This document shows positions 1 to 13,642 of a stretch of DNA of 64,000 nt, one piece after another. The position numbers and the translations under genes are program-made. The stretch covers positions 50,654,001 to 50,718,000 of the forward strand of contig OX597816.1 of the NCBI GenBank assembly GCA_951406725.2. Direction: 5' to 3'. The notes under the pieces were generated by a model, which searched no databases, had not been told where the DNA came from, and saw only the letters and a list, made by a program, of their open reading frames with translations. Numbering within the stretch: position 1 is the first letter of the stretch; each line of letters opens with the position of its first letter. The DNA comes from Octopus vulgaris. Taxonomy: Eukaryota.

Positions 1-184
1 TCAAAGCACGAGTAAGTCGATAATATGGATACAATTGTTCTACTATAAATTATTTTATCGCAGCCTAATAGATGAAAGGCGATATGCAACTCACCGGGAT
101 ATGAACACAAAAGGCATGGAGCAGAAGAAAAAAGCGGCTAAGCATATGTCTGGTGTGTTATCGATTTTGACAGCTCAGCGACTT
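1..184 (-). mobile_element. Degenerate Nin-type tRNA-derived SINE
   Basis: attttatcg..atgaaaggc..gctaagcat..cagctc aligns by eye to the reverse complement of the SINE at 48661 and 59270. Confidence 0.6.
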
Positions 185-3100
185 TGCTTGTTGTAACGTT
201 TATATTCAGTTTTACACTACGAAATACAGATTTCGCTAGAAATTTATTCCCCCCCCCCCAAAAAAAAAAGAAAAGCACTTTCACGTTTTTCACTATTATT
301 TTAATTATCTATACTCAAATTAATTCCAAGTGACACCAATATATAAACATATTTGAAAGTTCAAGAAACCTAGTGATTTTAGATATTATTGATATATTTA
401 AAGAGAATTTCGAATTATGTAAAAAGCAATACATTCAATCGAACAAATATCTGCAAAAATAGCATGACTACGTTTGGAAAACTTTCTTGCCTATGTTTTC
501 CAAATATCTTTTCAGATTTAGGTATCCAACCATTTCTACACCAAAATTTGGATACAATGGTGTCACATGGATATGAAGAAAATTCGGCTTTTCATGAATG
601 AGTAAGTACATCTTACAATTTCTAATTTATAAACAGAAAGATCTATTTCGATCGACCGATTACATAAATAATCGTGCTGTACTCTATGACCATGATGTAC
701 TTATCAAATAGCTACTTATTCAATGTACAATTCCATAATTCCCGACGTGGTAGGTTTGGTTACTATTTACGCAGGTACTTGTTATAGGAACACTGTCCAC
801 TTCTAACTGTAGAGAGCCCTGTTCAAGTTGTTCTGTATATGACTGCTCGACTTTCAACTGCTTTACTGCATTGAAGGATTCGATGTTGAGAGATATTAGG
901 TTAGGCCTTAAGAGGAGATTTAGCAGAGAAAATCCAATTAAAATGCTTTCAGGAATGATCTAAATGCTTCTATGCTAGAAATTCACTGTATACTTTATTA
1001 ATAATTACCACTGCATAAAATTTCATTTACATAATCATGAGGATGATGTATAAAAGATAAATCTGTTTTGATACTAAATTCTAATTATTTTATTAAGTGG
1101 CAGCTTCGTAACTATTTGATGTATTTTGTATTTTGAATTATCCAACTACATATTCCAGCTGAGAAAATTAGTTAACTTACGAGTCAGCTGTAAATTGAAT
1201 AGAAAGTTTCTTTTGCTTTTTATGCAAGTCTGAAGAAATTTGCTGAAGTTAACGTAAAAAGACTTGTGTAATATTGATTTATTTACAGTAAAAAGACTGA
1301 ATCCCCTGGCATCATCCAAATGATATTATTCATTCTAGCATATATAAGTGTGTGCGTGTGTGTGTATGTGTGTGTATCTGTGCATTGGTATGTGTGTGAC
1401 GTGTGTGACTGTATTTATATAAGTTTGTGTATGAAATAACAGCAAGAAATTCACCATGAGTATTTGATAATAATAATAAGAAGAAATTCATTTCTTGAAA
1501 TAGATATATTCAAAATTTAATTTTGGTACAGTTAATGTTTGTTATCCGCAACAAAAGATATATGTAATATCAATCCTGTTTACTGTTCTCAAAGTCGACG
1601 CAAAACCGCATTTCTCGCCCCCTCTCTCTCTTTGAACATGTGTGTGCGTGTGTGTGTACGCGCGTGCGTGAATGTGTTGCTTTTCGTTTTTATGTCGTTT
1701 TAATAAAAACGACTTTACATTAAAGGCAAGGATTCCTCAATATTCATTCTAGAGTACGTGTTTATTGTTCTCTTACAATATCCCTAACAGTGACTTCACA
1801 TTCTTAGTCTACATAACTTCCCGTGAACTGCGGTCCATTCTATGTCATCTTGCCTTTCTAGAGTCTCTGCTAAGTTATTTCTGTTGGGTGAGAAGGGCTC
1901 TTTTGAATGATAATAACAGCGTACAGCGACTTTTGATAATCAGATTCTATAGAAGATTTTTTATTCATGAAAGCTAGTTGTGCAATTGGTCACATTCCTC
2001 TCATGATTGTAAATGTTTATAATCAGGTGTAGCTATAGGTGTGTAAGCTTCAGGCCTTGATGGCAGCATTTGAGATTTCACAAAATAATATATGTAGGCG
2101 AATTGAGTAGTTGGTCAGCAGATATGTAACTTAGCATAGTTGTAATTGATTATATACGTTCGGAAAACCTTCTTGCCTGTTTTCCTAATATCCTTTCACA
2201 TTTAGTTATCTAACAAATTGAAGATTTCACCTGCTTGTATTAGGAAGATAGAGGTTCTTGTTCAGAGTTCAGTCTAACATGAAAAACATTCCAAGTAGAT
2301 GCTTTAGGCCATGTATCATAACAATTTTGTTATCCTGTGTTTTGAGGTTTCACAAAATAAAAGTATGCAAGTATGCGATTAAGAGTTATCATCATTTATT
2401 ATCGCTTATGTTTGGAAACAAAGATATACATTTGACTGGATTACTAACCAACCAAACAACCAATCAAAAAGCCAAGCAACCAACCAGCCCATAGTTTATA
2501 TTTATTTACATCTTAATAGAGTAGGGAAATTAGAAATGATTGTTAGTGTGTTTTGGATTCGAGTTCATTGCTTTGAGCTGATGAATGTTCCCTTAGCAGA
2601 AAAATTAATTACCCGTCTATACGAACGACTAGAACTCGAATTCGGTTTTACTCCGTAACAGATAAAATAGGGCTCAATGAATAACATATTCCTATATATA
2701 CTGTTCCTGAAATAAAACAAACGTGGTCATGGACACAAAGTCAATGATCAGAGTTCTCTCGAAATAGTATGCTAACGATATTAATTTCAGCTACTTTGTT
2801 AAACTTCAGGTGAACTTAATTATTGAAAACTGTCATAATATTTCACAATAATTCAACAACTGTAGTCTATAATTAAAAAATAAAAACGTGTCGGATGTAA
2901 TAATTCAATACGATAAAATCCACTATTACTTTAAAGTACTGAACAATTATAATAATATAAACACTTACTATTTCTAAATATTTCCTAGACGGTCCTTACA
3001 CAATGAAAATTAAAACATCACAACAATTACAACGGAAATTGCATTGAAACTATTAAGATAAACAGCACTGTATCTCCGCCTGTTTATCGAGATTGAGTAA

Positions 3101-3517
3101 AACTTTCGAAATCCTTGTGTATCTCACAAAAATGTTTCGTGTTTTGGGACATTATTTATAGGCAATAAATTTGAATCTTTGGAAGTTGTCCTCAAGAAGT
3201 TTACGGGATGAATTATACTCAGCATAACAAAAGACAAAATTATAAATTATGCAAGAGCTTCTAATCTTGGCAGTATTCACAAGTTCAAAATATTTCTAAC
3301 ACTCTACAATGATTTATGAGAAGTATAAACAGAAAGAATTAGTTGAGAATATTTATTTAATCCCTTGGGTTAAAACATCCATAATAATGCGACCACAAAA
3401 AAGCCGACCAATATGTTACGACTATATACAATCTGAAAATTACAAAGGAAAAAATTGTAAAGCCAAAAAATGTGGATCATAATGATATAACTAAAATGAA
3501 AAATCAAAGCTAGCATT

Positions 3518-3551
<34 letters not shown>

Positions 3552-3607
3552 ATATATAATATATACTTTCTTTAATACATCCAAGGCACATACAACCCCC
3601 ACATTCA

Positions 3608-3619
3608 TATCTCTATCTG

Positions 3620-3661
<42 letters not shown>

Positions 3662-3729
3662 AGATTGTCTGATCTCTTTCTGTGTAACTCTCTCTCCCTC
3701 TCTCACGCTCGTTCTCTTTCTCTTTATCT

Positions 3730-3765
<36 letters not shown>

Positions 3766-3896
3766 GTCTCATATACGTAGGCACACAAATATATATAATG
3801 TGTGAGTCTTTGTGAGTACGTGCCTGTGCGTGACTCTGTGTGTGCACGTCTGTGCGTGTCTCATGCATAACATATATATCAAGAAGCATCTATCCG

Positions 3897-3977
<81 letters not shown>

Positions 3978-3996
3978 GTATCCATCCATCTCTCTT

Positions 3997-4027
<31 letters not shown>

Positions 4028-4077
4028 GTAAATATATATATATATATATATATATACATACATACATATATATATTT

Positions 4078-4144
<67 letters not shown>

Positions 4145-4168
4145 CACATATTCGTATATATATATATA
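3608..4168. repeat. Compound microsatellite (TATC)n/(CT)n/(TA)n
   Basis: Directly visible; it produces the IYIY/LSIY ORFs. Confidence 0.95.
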
Positions 4169-4169
4169 C

Positions 4170-6210
4170 GAAACACACCGCTTGAGCAATTTCCTGGACA
4201 TCCTTTTGAAACCTTTCCTTAGCCACATCAAAGTTTCATTAGAGATGATCTTGACATGCTCAAGCACCTCCCGAAAGCAACTAATGAGGAGGCATTTTTG
4301 CTGTCCTTAGATGTCATCAAGCTCTACACCAACATCCCACATGAATAGAGTATTGAAGCAATTGATGTCTGGCTAGAGAAACAGCGAGAGGCATTCCCTG
4401 ACCGTATTAACACGACCTTCAGTACGGAATCACTCAAGTTCATTCTGACAAACAATTATTTCCTCTTCGGAAACACACACTACCGTCAAAAACGTGGTAT
4501 TGCGATGGGTACCAAAGCTGCATCAGTCCTTGCGAACCTCATAATGGGTTTCTTCGAACTATGACTCAATGAGATATCACGCCAGAAATTTGGACACCTT
4601 TTCCACATCTGCTTAATAGAAAACTGGAAAAGATACTTAGATGATTGATCCATCATATGGAAAGAATCTTATGAAAAGCTTCTGGAATTCAAAACCACAC
4701 TGAACAACATACATCCCAACATTCAATTCACTATGGAATTCAGCAAACATCATCTCCCTTTCCTTGATCTCCTAATTATAAAAACACCTAACAACCAAAT
4801 CACAACAGACATCTATCACAAACCTACAGACTCACAACAAAACCTCCTCTTCAGTTCATGCCACCCTAAACACACCAAGATAAATATCCCTTTCAACGTA
4901 GCTAAAAGGGTATGCAGCATTGTCTCGGATCCCAAAACTCGAGAAATACGCCTTCAAGACATCATAAAAAATACTATTACAACGCCAATATCCCTCCACA
5001 CTCATAGACTATGGAATAAAACCTGCCAAAGAACTATACATTAAATAAACTGAAAACCACCGAACACAGTAAAACACACAACCCCAAAATACTTCCATAC
5101 ATTTCCACCCACAACCCCCAAAATTATCGAAACATACACCACAATTATAAAAAAACCTCCCCTTACTGTCCACAAACCTCAAAATGACTAATATTATCAA
5201 TACACATACAATCCTTAAATGCAAAAGGCAACATAAATATTTGAAAAAAACTCTTAAAAAATGGCAAATTTCACACACCACATCCACCCCCATCAATTAA
5301 AGAATGTGCACACCCTAACTATGGTACCTGCATCCTCCTAGTTGAAGGCTCTGAATTTACTTTCAAACAAGATTAAAATCAAGATTAACTTCTCCGGTTC
5401 CTCCGAGAACCTCATCTACGTTCTCACATACGCCGGTTGCCAACACAATTATGTTGGAGAAATGAGCCTTCGTTTACGTAGAAGAGTAGCGGTCCGTAAA
5501 GAATAGATACATCTCCCACAATACCCTCAAATTCCACTAAGTAGCCACATAGACTCTTGCGCTAGAGACAAAAATCCTAAATTTCACATATTCCCTTTCT
5601 ACCTATGTAAAGACGGAATCTCTACACAAGAAGGAATCAACGAGGAGAATCTTTTTTATTGAAAAATTCCAAACGCATCATAATATGCAAGCTCCACGAT
5701 GACCATACTACTTTTTCTAGCATAATATCTGACAAAAAATTGATACGGGCATCCGCTTTGACAAAAAATCCATCATTCCAATTAAAGAGCATAAAATCCG
5801 CAGGGTTGGCTCCCCTTACTCACAGGAACTTGGTAACTCCTACACCATTTACTGTTTTGACACACATTTACCAAGCGCTTTAAACCAAGCACTACTTTTA
5901 AGCACGTGTATTGTAATCCTCCAAAGAAATTTTTCCAAGGACTACTATTGACCTCTAAAAGCATAAAGACTCTACGATGTATTGGTATACTTCTTTATTA
6001 ACTTTTGTATATATGTATTGTTATTTTTTTGAAAAAAAAAACATTGTAAATTTCTCTTTTGCTCTTCCTCAATTTAAAAAAAAATTATTTTCCCCTTCCA
6101 AATCTTGAAAATTTGCCTTGCCATGGAAACCGATTTGATTTATTATTTTTTCTTTTTTAATTTTCACTACACCCATTTTTATTAAAATTTACATTCAATT
6201 TAGCATTCTG
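4170..6210 (+). mobile_element. Penelope-like retroelement, 5'-truncated and decayed (RT + Zn-linker + GIY-YIG)
   Basis: Translation: [93 protein letters not shown]. Multiple stops and frameshifts. Confidence 0.93.
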
Positions 6211-6240
6211 CCTTATAATTTTCCCTCTCCTATATATTCG

Positions 6241-6330
<90 letters not shown>

Positions 6331-6629
6331 TCGTATATATTTATATATCTATATATATATATATATATATGTGTGTGTTTTAAGCCGGTTTCTGTGTGTG
6401 CGTGTGTGCCCAACGTCTTTTTCTCAGCGGCACCTCGAAACTATCGTCCTTTAACACTAAAATTCATGTGACACATCATGGGTTGTAAAACCTAGAAGCT
6501 TATAAATAAATGCACTATTTCTTAAATGGTTTCTACATTTAACTAGCTATTTTATTTTTAACAACGCGGTAGTGTGTTCTCCAGTCTTATTTTCACGCGT
6601 AATCTTGTGCAACAAACATGATGTGTGGA

Positions 6630-7048
6630 TTCTGAAGAAACGCAACGACATAACCCTCGATGCAATTGATATTCTAGCAACAACAAAACAAAACAAACCT
6701 GATTCAGCAGCGGTTCCGGAATTCAGACGCATCTTGCAGCTCCTCTTGCAAATCTCGAGAGGAAATCACTGTATGCCGGTTTTATCCTCCAAATCCTTCT
6801 CTCACAAGATGTGTCATATGAATTTCGGTGTTAAAGGACGTTAGTCGTTCCTATCTTCAAAAAGGGGAGTAGATCGCTCCCTGTAAACTACCGTCTAATC
6901 TCACTCACCTTACATATTATCAATGCATTTGAGAGCGTGTTGAGGTCAAGAATAACAGCCTTCCTAGAACAAAATCATCTCCTAAATTGTGACCAGTATG
7001 GCTTTCGAGGTGGGAAGGACTGTCAAACACAGTTCCTCCACCATTTTA
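6630..7048 (+). mobile_element. CR1-group LINE ORF2 fragment (N-terminal RT region)
   Basis: LAAPLANLERKSLYAG..VVPIFKKGSRSLPVNYRLISLT..FLEQNHLLNCDQYGFRGGKDCQTQFLHHF. Confidence 0.88.
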
Positions 7049-7049
7049 C

Positions 7050-7445
7050 TTCACAACACACCACCACGCACACATCATCACTGACTACGTCCTAGACCCA
7101 CATTTTCACACCTACACATACACACACGTACATGTCAAGATGACCAGCCCTCTTCCACGCGCACAGACAAACTCTCAAATGCACAAACACGCGCACCTTC
7201 GTTTTAGGATCACCACTACTTCATTATCTCCTCTTCTCCCTAGCTCTCCTGTATGACCCTTCTGTCTGCATTCGTCATGATAGAACGCTAGCCTCTACAC
7301 ATTCTTTATTTTCTCTCTTTGTTTCTGTGTTCTTTTCTGTGGAAGAGCGTAGGCTCGAAACGCTAAAGACTTTTTCACTTCCCAAGCGTTATACTAATAC
7401 ATCTGTTTGTTGTCTACACTACCTGTCTTCGTCTTTTGTTTCTCC
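7050..7445 (+). mobile_element. PLE 3' region/pLTR fragment with hammerhead-like motif
   Basis: Similar to the reverse complement of 11410-11780; contains ctgtggaagagcgtaggctcgaaacg at about 7337-7362. Confidence 0.75.
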
Positions 7446-8259
7446 ACCTATATAACTATATTAGTGCTTGCGTGTGTATGTATGTATTATGTATCGATAT
7501 ATGTATTTACATATAGTGTCTATGCATATACATATATAAATATATATATAAAGAATACACACATATATAAGAAATCTGCACGACCGCTTTCTTATCAAAT
7601 TTTTGGCATTTATTTTTGGCTTCCCTATTGTATCTATAAATTCAAACACTTCATAATATTCCACATACATTTTTAACTTCACTGTTGCTATTCATTTCTA
7701 CTGCTATAAATACCTGTAAATGAGCTTTCTAAAAATTCACATTTTAATTATAATGCTTTATTTTATTTCAGTATTTTGTTGTTACCTTAATGAAAATTAG
7801 CTGTCTCCCTTGCGTTCATTTAGTTGTTTGATTCACACTAATTAACGCTAACATTTATATTTGAAATTTCACATCTCAATGAAATAACATTTTCTCTTCA
7901 ATCAAAACAATTGCTATAATTTCATCTACATTGTTTTATCCTATTTTTCTTTTACATGTTTCAGTCATGTGATTGCGACCATGCTGGAGCACCGCCTTAA
8001 ATGTGGATATTAATCAACATTGAACATTCTTCCCTAAGTCTGGCTGCTTTATAATTTGTTTTTCTTCTATTTATCACACATTACATTTTACTTGTTATGC
8101 AATTTCTATGAGTTACAAAGATAGTCCATAATTCGTCTCAGATGAGCTTGACTCAATGAAACAACTTTAAAGCTGAATAAGAGAAAGTTATCTTGATGTT
8201 ATTCAGAATTTTTCATGCTGTGGATTTATATTTGTTAACCTAGAAATGTTCCGAGCATT

Positions 8260-8401
8260 TGGAGTGACTGTGTGGTAAGTACCTTTCTTACCAACCACAT
8301 TGTTCTGGGTTCAGTCACACTGCGTGGCACCTTGGGTTAGCGTATTATACAATAGCCTCGGGTGAATGCATTTTGTAGGCGGGAACCGAAAGATGCCTGT
8401 C

Positions 8402-8440
<39 letters not shown>

Positions 8441-8680
8441 AAGAACCAAACAGATGTATTAGTAAAACTCTCAAGAATTAGGGATATTTTACGTTTCGAG
8501 CCTACGCTCTTTCACAGAAAGGAACACAGAAAGAAAGAAGCAAAAATCAAGGAGAGAAGTGTGTGCATGTGATTGTGTGTCTGTGTTTGTCCCTACAACA
8601 TCACATGACAACCAATGTTTGTGTGTTTACGTCCCCGTAACTTAGCGTTTCGGTAAAAGAGAACGATAGAATAATGCCTA
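8260..8680 (+). mobile_element. tRNA-derived SINE (CORE-like family) interrupted by a minus-strand pLTR fragment (~8440-8560)
   Basis: gtgtggtaag..gggttcagtcacactgcgtggcaccttggg head and tttacgtccccgtaacttagcg body; the insert matches 24625-24815. Confidence 0.75.
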
Positions 8681-8756
8681 ATTGGCTTGTACGTTATTTT
8701 TATTCACTCTTACATTTGCTTCCGTTATTATTTCTTTATACTTAATTTATATTAGG

Positions 8757-9389
8757 ATATATCCTCGCTACCCACTGCTTTGAGCCTACTATGTTAAAAT
8801 ATCACCTACACCCCACCCCAGCCTACTTCAGAACCGGTCTACCAGACTCCTATCTCATCCGGGTCGCTGACCTTAGATATCATATTACACACTTTCAGGA
8901 ACTATATTCTGAACTCCAACGGCCGACTTTGTTGGTCTTTCACCTATTCCATAGTTCAGCCACATCGTTGATATATTCTCAGGATAGTTTTTTGTTAGTA
9001 AATTTACGTATCATCTCTTGATTATTCTTAAGACGCGTGAGAAACAGCTGTAATGAATTGACATTTATCCACCGTATGTTATTAATCATTTCATTATAAT
9101 ACATCAAGAGGATTTACGAATTGCGTGAAACACGAGAATATACCAACAATGTACTAATCAACGAAACACATGATTTGGACCAGCCCCATAGGCGCTAAGT
9201 ACTCTTAGGATTGGTTTCCACTGTGTAAACAATTGGAATATCCTATTTGATATTTACAAACAATAGGCCTGGACTACATGTTTATATAACTCTAACACCT
9301 TGTGCATATCTTTTCAAGTACTTCATTCTATCTGAATCCTTATTTTACTATACACACACACACATACATGCACATACACTCACACACAG

Positions 9390-9435
<46 letters not shown>

Positions 9436-9449
9436 TGTATGTATGTACA

Positions 9450-9510
<61 letters not shown>

Positions 9511-9678
9511 TCGCTACCCACTGCTCTGAGCCTACTATGTTAAAATATCACCTACACCCCACCCCAGCCTACCTCAGAACCGGTCTACCCGACTCCTATC
9601 TCATCCGGCTCGCTGACCTTAGATATCATATTACACACTTTCAAGAACTATATTCTGAACTCTAACGGCCGACTTTGA
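8757..9678. repeat. ~172-bp direct duplication (8757-8930 and 9505-9678)
   Basis: atatcctcgctacccactgc...aacggccgactttg occurs twice with few substitutions; the ORF track shows MLKYHLHPTPAY twice. Confidence 0.92.
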
Positions 9679-9679
9679 G

Positions 9680-9890
9680 ATGTGCGCGTGTGTATACATA
9701 GATGTGTGGGTGATGGTGTAGATTCAGGGAAGTCGTCAGTGCTAGTGTGAGCGCTGGAGTGGGTGCTGGGATTTGATCAGTGCTAGATTGTTCGGGGTTG
9801 TGTGATGTTGTTGTGTGTGGTATGTTTGTGTTGGTGTAGTGGTATGTTGTGTGGTGTTGTGTAGTGTGGTGGTGTAGTGTGTGATGTGAT
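9680..9890 (-). mobile_element. PLE 3'-UTR fragment
   Basis: gtcgtcagtgctagtgtgagcgctgg..gatcagtgctagattgttcgggg is shared with 11768-11835. Confidence 0.75.
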
Positions 9891-11030
9891 TGTATATAGA
9901 AAGATAGATAGATAGATAGACATACACACACACGCATATATATATATACATAGATGCATACATACATACATACACATACATAGACATTCCAACTAAATGT
10001 GTCAGTAAGCGTGTACTGTTTTTCAATTCTCTACATTCACGTCTTATATATGAAATAGTATTTCAAGCTTAGAAGATAATGATGGTATTCATTACAGTAA
10101 TAATACACTTTGAATAAGGTGCTTGTAAATGTTGCATAAGGTGATTGTAGAATAAGGTGATAGAGATTGTAGAATATTGTTTGGATTGTCGATTTACAAA
10201 AGTTTGCCTAAATTAACATGTAAATTTTACAACTGACTGTTCATCGTAGAAATGCTATATACCGCTAACTGTTCAATTCATGTCAGTAGTTATATAAACA
10301 TGTATTAAATTCCATCGCCTGATTTTACTTTGGTTTGGTTATCAAGTATTAAATGTAAGCCATCAGGACTATGAGAAAAGGCTTAAAAAACACGACTGGG
10401 AAACTAGCACTTGATAATAAAAGCCGTTATGTAAGTAGATTAGGTTTCACATCCCCATACGAGTGCATTCATTATTCTATCAAGAGTTCCGGTGTATTTA
10501 CTTGGTCATTTCTATTCGCTGTCTCTATCGTAATACTAGCTTATACTAATCTCTGAAGCATCCGCTCGGCCAATTAATCTTTTCTCACAGTATCTAATTC
10601 CTTTTGCAGCTCACAAGGTATTTCTTTCGCTCTCCATATCTCTCTGTCTCTCTCTTTTTGCACTAACTCAGAAATTCGAATGGGTCTCCATGTATTTACA
10701 GAAATATATGTACAAAGTGCATATATGTATGCTTCATTTCTATATATTTGTTTTAGCACTAATGTTTAAAGTAACTGGCAGGAAAAGAAGAAAGAGAATA
10801 AGGAAGGCTCTGCTTATAAAACTTGAGAAATTGACACGTTGCAAATGACATTAGTTCTAGGTAAAGTGGTGAAGATTATATTTTCTCACAATCTATCGGC
10901 TTGATGCCACGCTGGCTGTAGTTAACGGCTTCAGCGATGTTCGCATATTTCAGTATGGAGTACATTATATCAAATATGTAAAGAAGGAAATGGAATCTGG
11001 ATATGGTAGGAATTTTGCCTTTTGTGTCCA

Positions 11031-11146
<116 letters not shown>

Positions 11147-11243
11147 CGCAGGCATGCTCGTGTGGTAAGGAAGTTTCTTCAAAACCACGTTTCCAATCTG
11201 AAGATGCCCGTCGTATATATCCATCCATCTATCTAACTATCTT

Positions 11244-11332
<89 letters not shown>

Positions 11333-11409
11333 ATAGATAGATAGATAGATATTTATATAAATATATAGATAGATTGATATATGTATATAGTGAGAATTTA
11401 CATAAGAAA

Positions 11410-13012
11410 TAAAAGACGAAGACGGGTGTGTAATCAACAAACATATATGTATTCGTTTAATACTCGGGAAGTGAGAAAGTTTTTTACGTTTCAAGTCTAC
11501 GCTCTTCGACGGAAAGAAACACAGGAATAAACAGGGAGCGAAAATAGAAGAAGGTCTAGTGGCTAGCGATCTATCATGGCCAATGCCGGACAGAGGGGTA
11601 AAACAGGAGAGCTAGGAAGAAACGTGGTGATCCCGAAACGAAGGTGCGCGTGCGTATGTATGTGAGTGCGTGTATGTGCATGTGCGTGCGTGTGGAAGGG
11701 GCTGGTTACATTGGGATGTGCACGTACGCATGCATAGATGTGTGAATGATGGTGTAGATTCTGGAAAGTCGTCAGTGCTAGTGTGAGCGCTGGGGTGGGT
11801 GCATGGATTTGATCAGTGCTAGATTGTTCGGGGTTGTCTGATGTGGTTGTGTGTGGTATGGTGGTGTGTGTTGTAGTGGTATGTTGTATGGTATTGTGTG
11901 GTGTGGTGGTGTTGTGTGGTGTGATGGTGGGGTGTGTAGTGTGGTTGTATTAGGGTGTGGGGAAGATGAGAGTGGAGAAAGCAAGTGTGGGATCTAAGGG
12001 ATGGGTGGTGGTGAGATGTGATGTATAGGGATGGTGGGGTTGGACTATGTAGGGGTGGGGTATCGATGGAGGGGTGATGATGAATGGAGAGAGTGGAATT
12101 GAGAAGGTGGGTAGGAGTGAAGAGAGGATGTAGGTGCCAGAGAAAGAGAGGAGAGGTGGGTAGGAGGAAGTAGGTGTGAGAGGAAGAGAGGAAAGAGGAG
12201 AGAAGATGACGATTAGATGAAGCGGGGAGGAGAGCTAAGCCCATGTAGCGCAAAGTGCGAGGTGAGAAGATTAATCCCAGCTCACGGCGAAGACGGGTGT
12301 CTTGTTAGCCCCTCTGCAAGGACAATTCGAACACAAGCAGGTGTTGTAAAGTGTGAGCAGAAATGGCGCGAGACCTCGGTGTCATTGCAGAGTCGGATGG
12401 CTCGGAGTTGTTCCGCGAACGGGCGTCCCGTTTGATCGATGTATAGAGAAAGGTAGAGAGGGAGCATGAGATGCATTATATGACGTTGCAAGAAGTGCAG
12501 GTAGAGTCAGTGATATGTTAGAGTCGATGATGGGTGCCTGTGTGGAGGGTGGTGTTGTAAAGGTAAGGGCAAGTGCGACAGCGTGGGCGGGAGCAGGGGT
12601 ACGAGCCGGGTTGGGAAAGAAACTGTGCGCCAAGAGGTCTCGTAGGTTGTAGGCTCGTTTGAAGGAGGGGAGTGGTCAGTTAGGGAAGATGTGCGAAGTG
12701 ATGAGGTCGGCCTAGAATCACTGGAAGGCTCGGAGATGTAAGGTGGTGGGGATGTAGGTGAGGAGAATGGGGAGACGGGTGAAGGCCGGGTCGGTGCAGG
12801 AGGAGAGAGCAGATGCACGGTCCACGGAACGTGCTCTGGCAAGGGCAGCTTGGATAGTGGTGAGGGGATATCCACGTAGGTTGAAGTGGTGAGCCATGAG
12901 TTGAGACTGCGTAAACGGAGGAATTGGGAATAGGAGATGGCGAGTTGGTGTATTGAGGGTGGGAGGAGGAGAAATTAAGGTATGAATTGTGAGTCTGTGT
13001 GTTTGTATTGAA
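11410..13012 (-). mobile_element. Penelope-like retroelement (RT thumb + GIY-YIG + 3' region/pLTR), decayed
   Basis: Reverse strand: YLNFSSSHP..YSQFLRLR..HFNLRGYP and CNVI*CISCSLYLSLYIDQTGR..AEQLRAIR..VSRHF; hammerhead-like motif near 11485-11513. Confidence 0.9.
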
Positions 13013-13642
13013 TGGAAAGATTGATAGAGATAGACATACTATGTATATGATTTAACTTATTAAACAGAGTTCAACAAAGTCCTTCATATTTACGTAAATG
13101 GAGGAGATAAGATGCTAATATGCACGATAATTCTTTTTTATTCAAGTAGCTATACAATTGTTTCCTACAGAAAGACAGGAAATTCATTCTAAGAATCTCA
13201 GTACACGTCCGTAACCAAAAAAAGTAAAATATAAAACGAAAATAAAAATAAAATAAATGAAAAATAAAGACGTTGGAATTGCATAGGTATAGTGTTGTTA
13301 CTCATATTGTGACGTGTTCTTCATCTTGGAGTCATGTCTAATCAAACAAGACTAAAAGACAAAACTTGGGTGTGGATATATATCATAATAAGGCTAACGT
13401 TCTCCCCATATATGTGTATATAAGAGCTACTTTAATACTCCCATATATGAAGTAAAAACTGGTGAGGCTGTATTTAAAGGAAAGAGCTACCAAAATGAGA
13501 AAGTACAGAATTTTGAAATACAGGAGACAAACTCTACAGAGTCTTAAAAAGTAAATAGATTGTTATCATATGTAGATGGATATGTACACACATATACAAA
13601 TATCTATTATTATTATTATAAATGTTATAAATTGTTCTTAGA

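Noticed and set aside
516-607. Exon-like stretch (ttttcag ... gtaagt)
   Set aside because: All three frames contain a stop. Its 5' flank resembles 2155-2215, and both may be minus-strand GIY-YIG remnants.
3812-4267. IYIY/THTH/LLLL ORFs here and throughout the ORF track
   Set aside because: They are translations of microsatellites.
4646-4648. TGA at the Cys position of YLDDC in the PLE RT as possible selenocysteine
   Set aside because: The element has many other stops, the remaining conserved Cys codons are TGC/TGT, and I identified no SECIS; ordinary decay is simpler.
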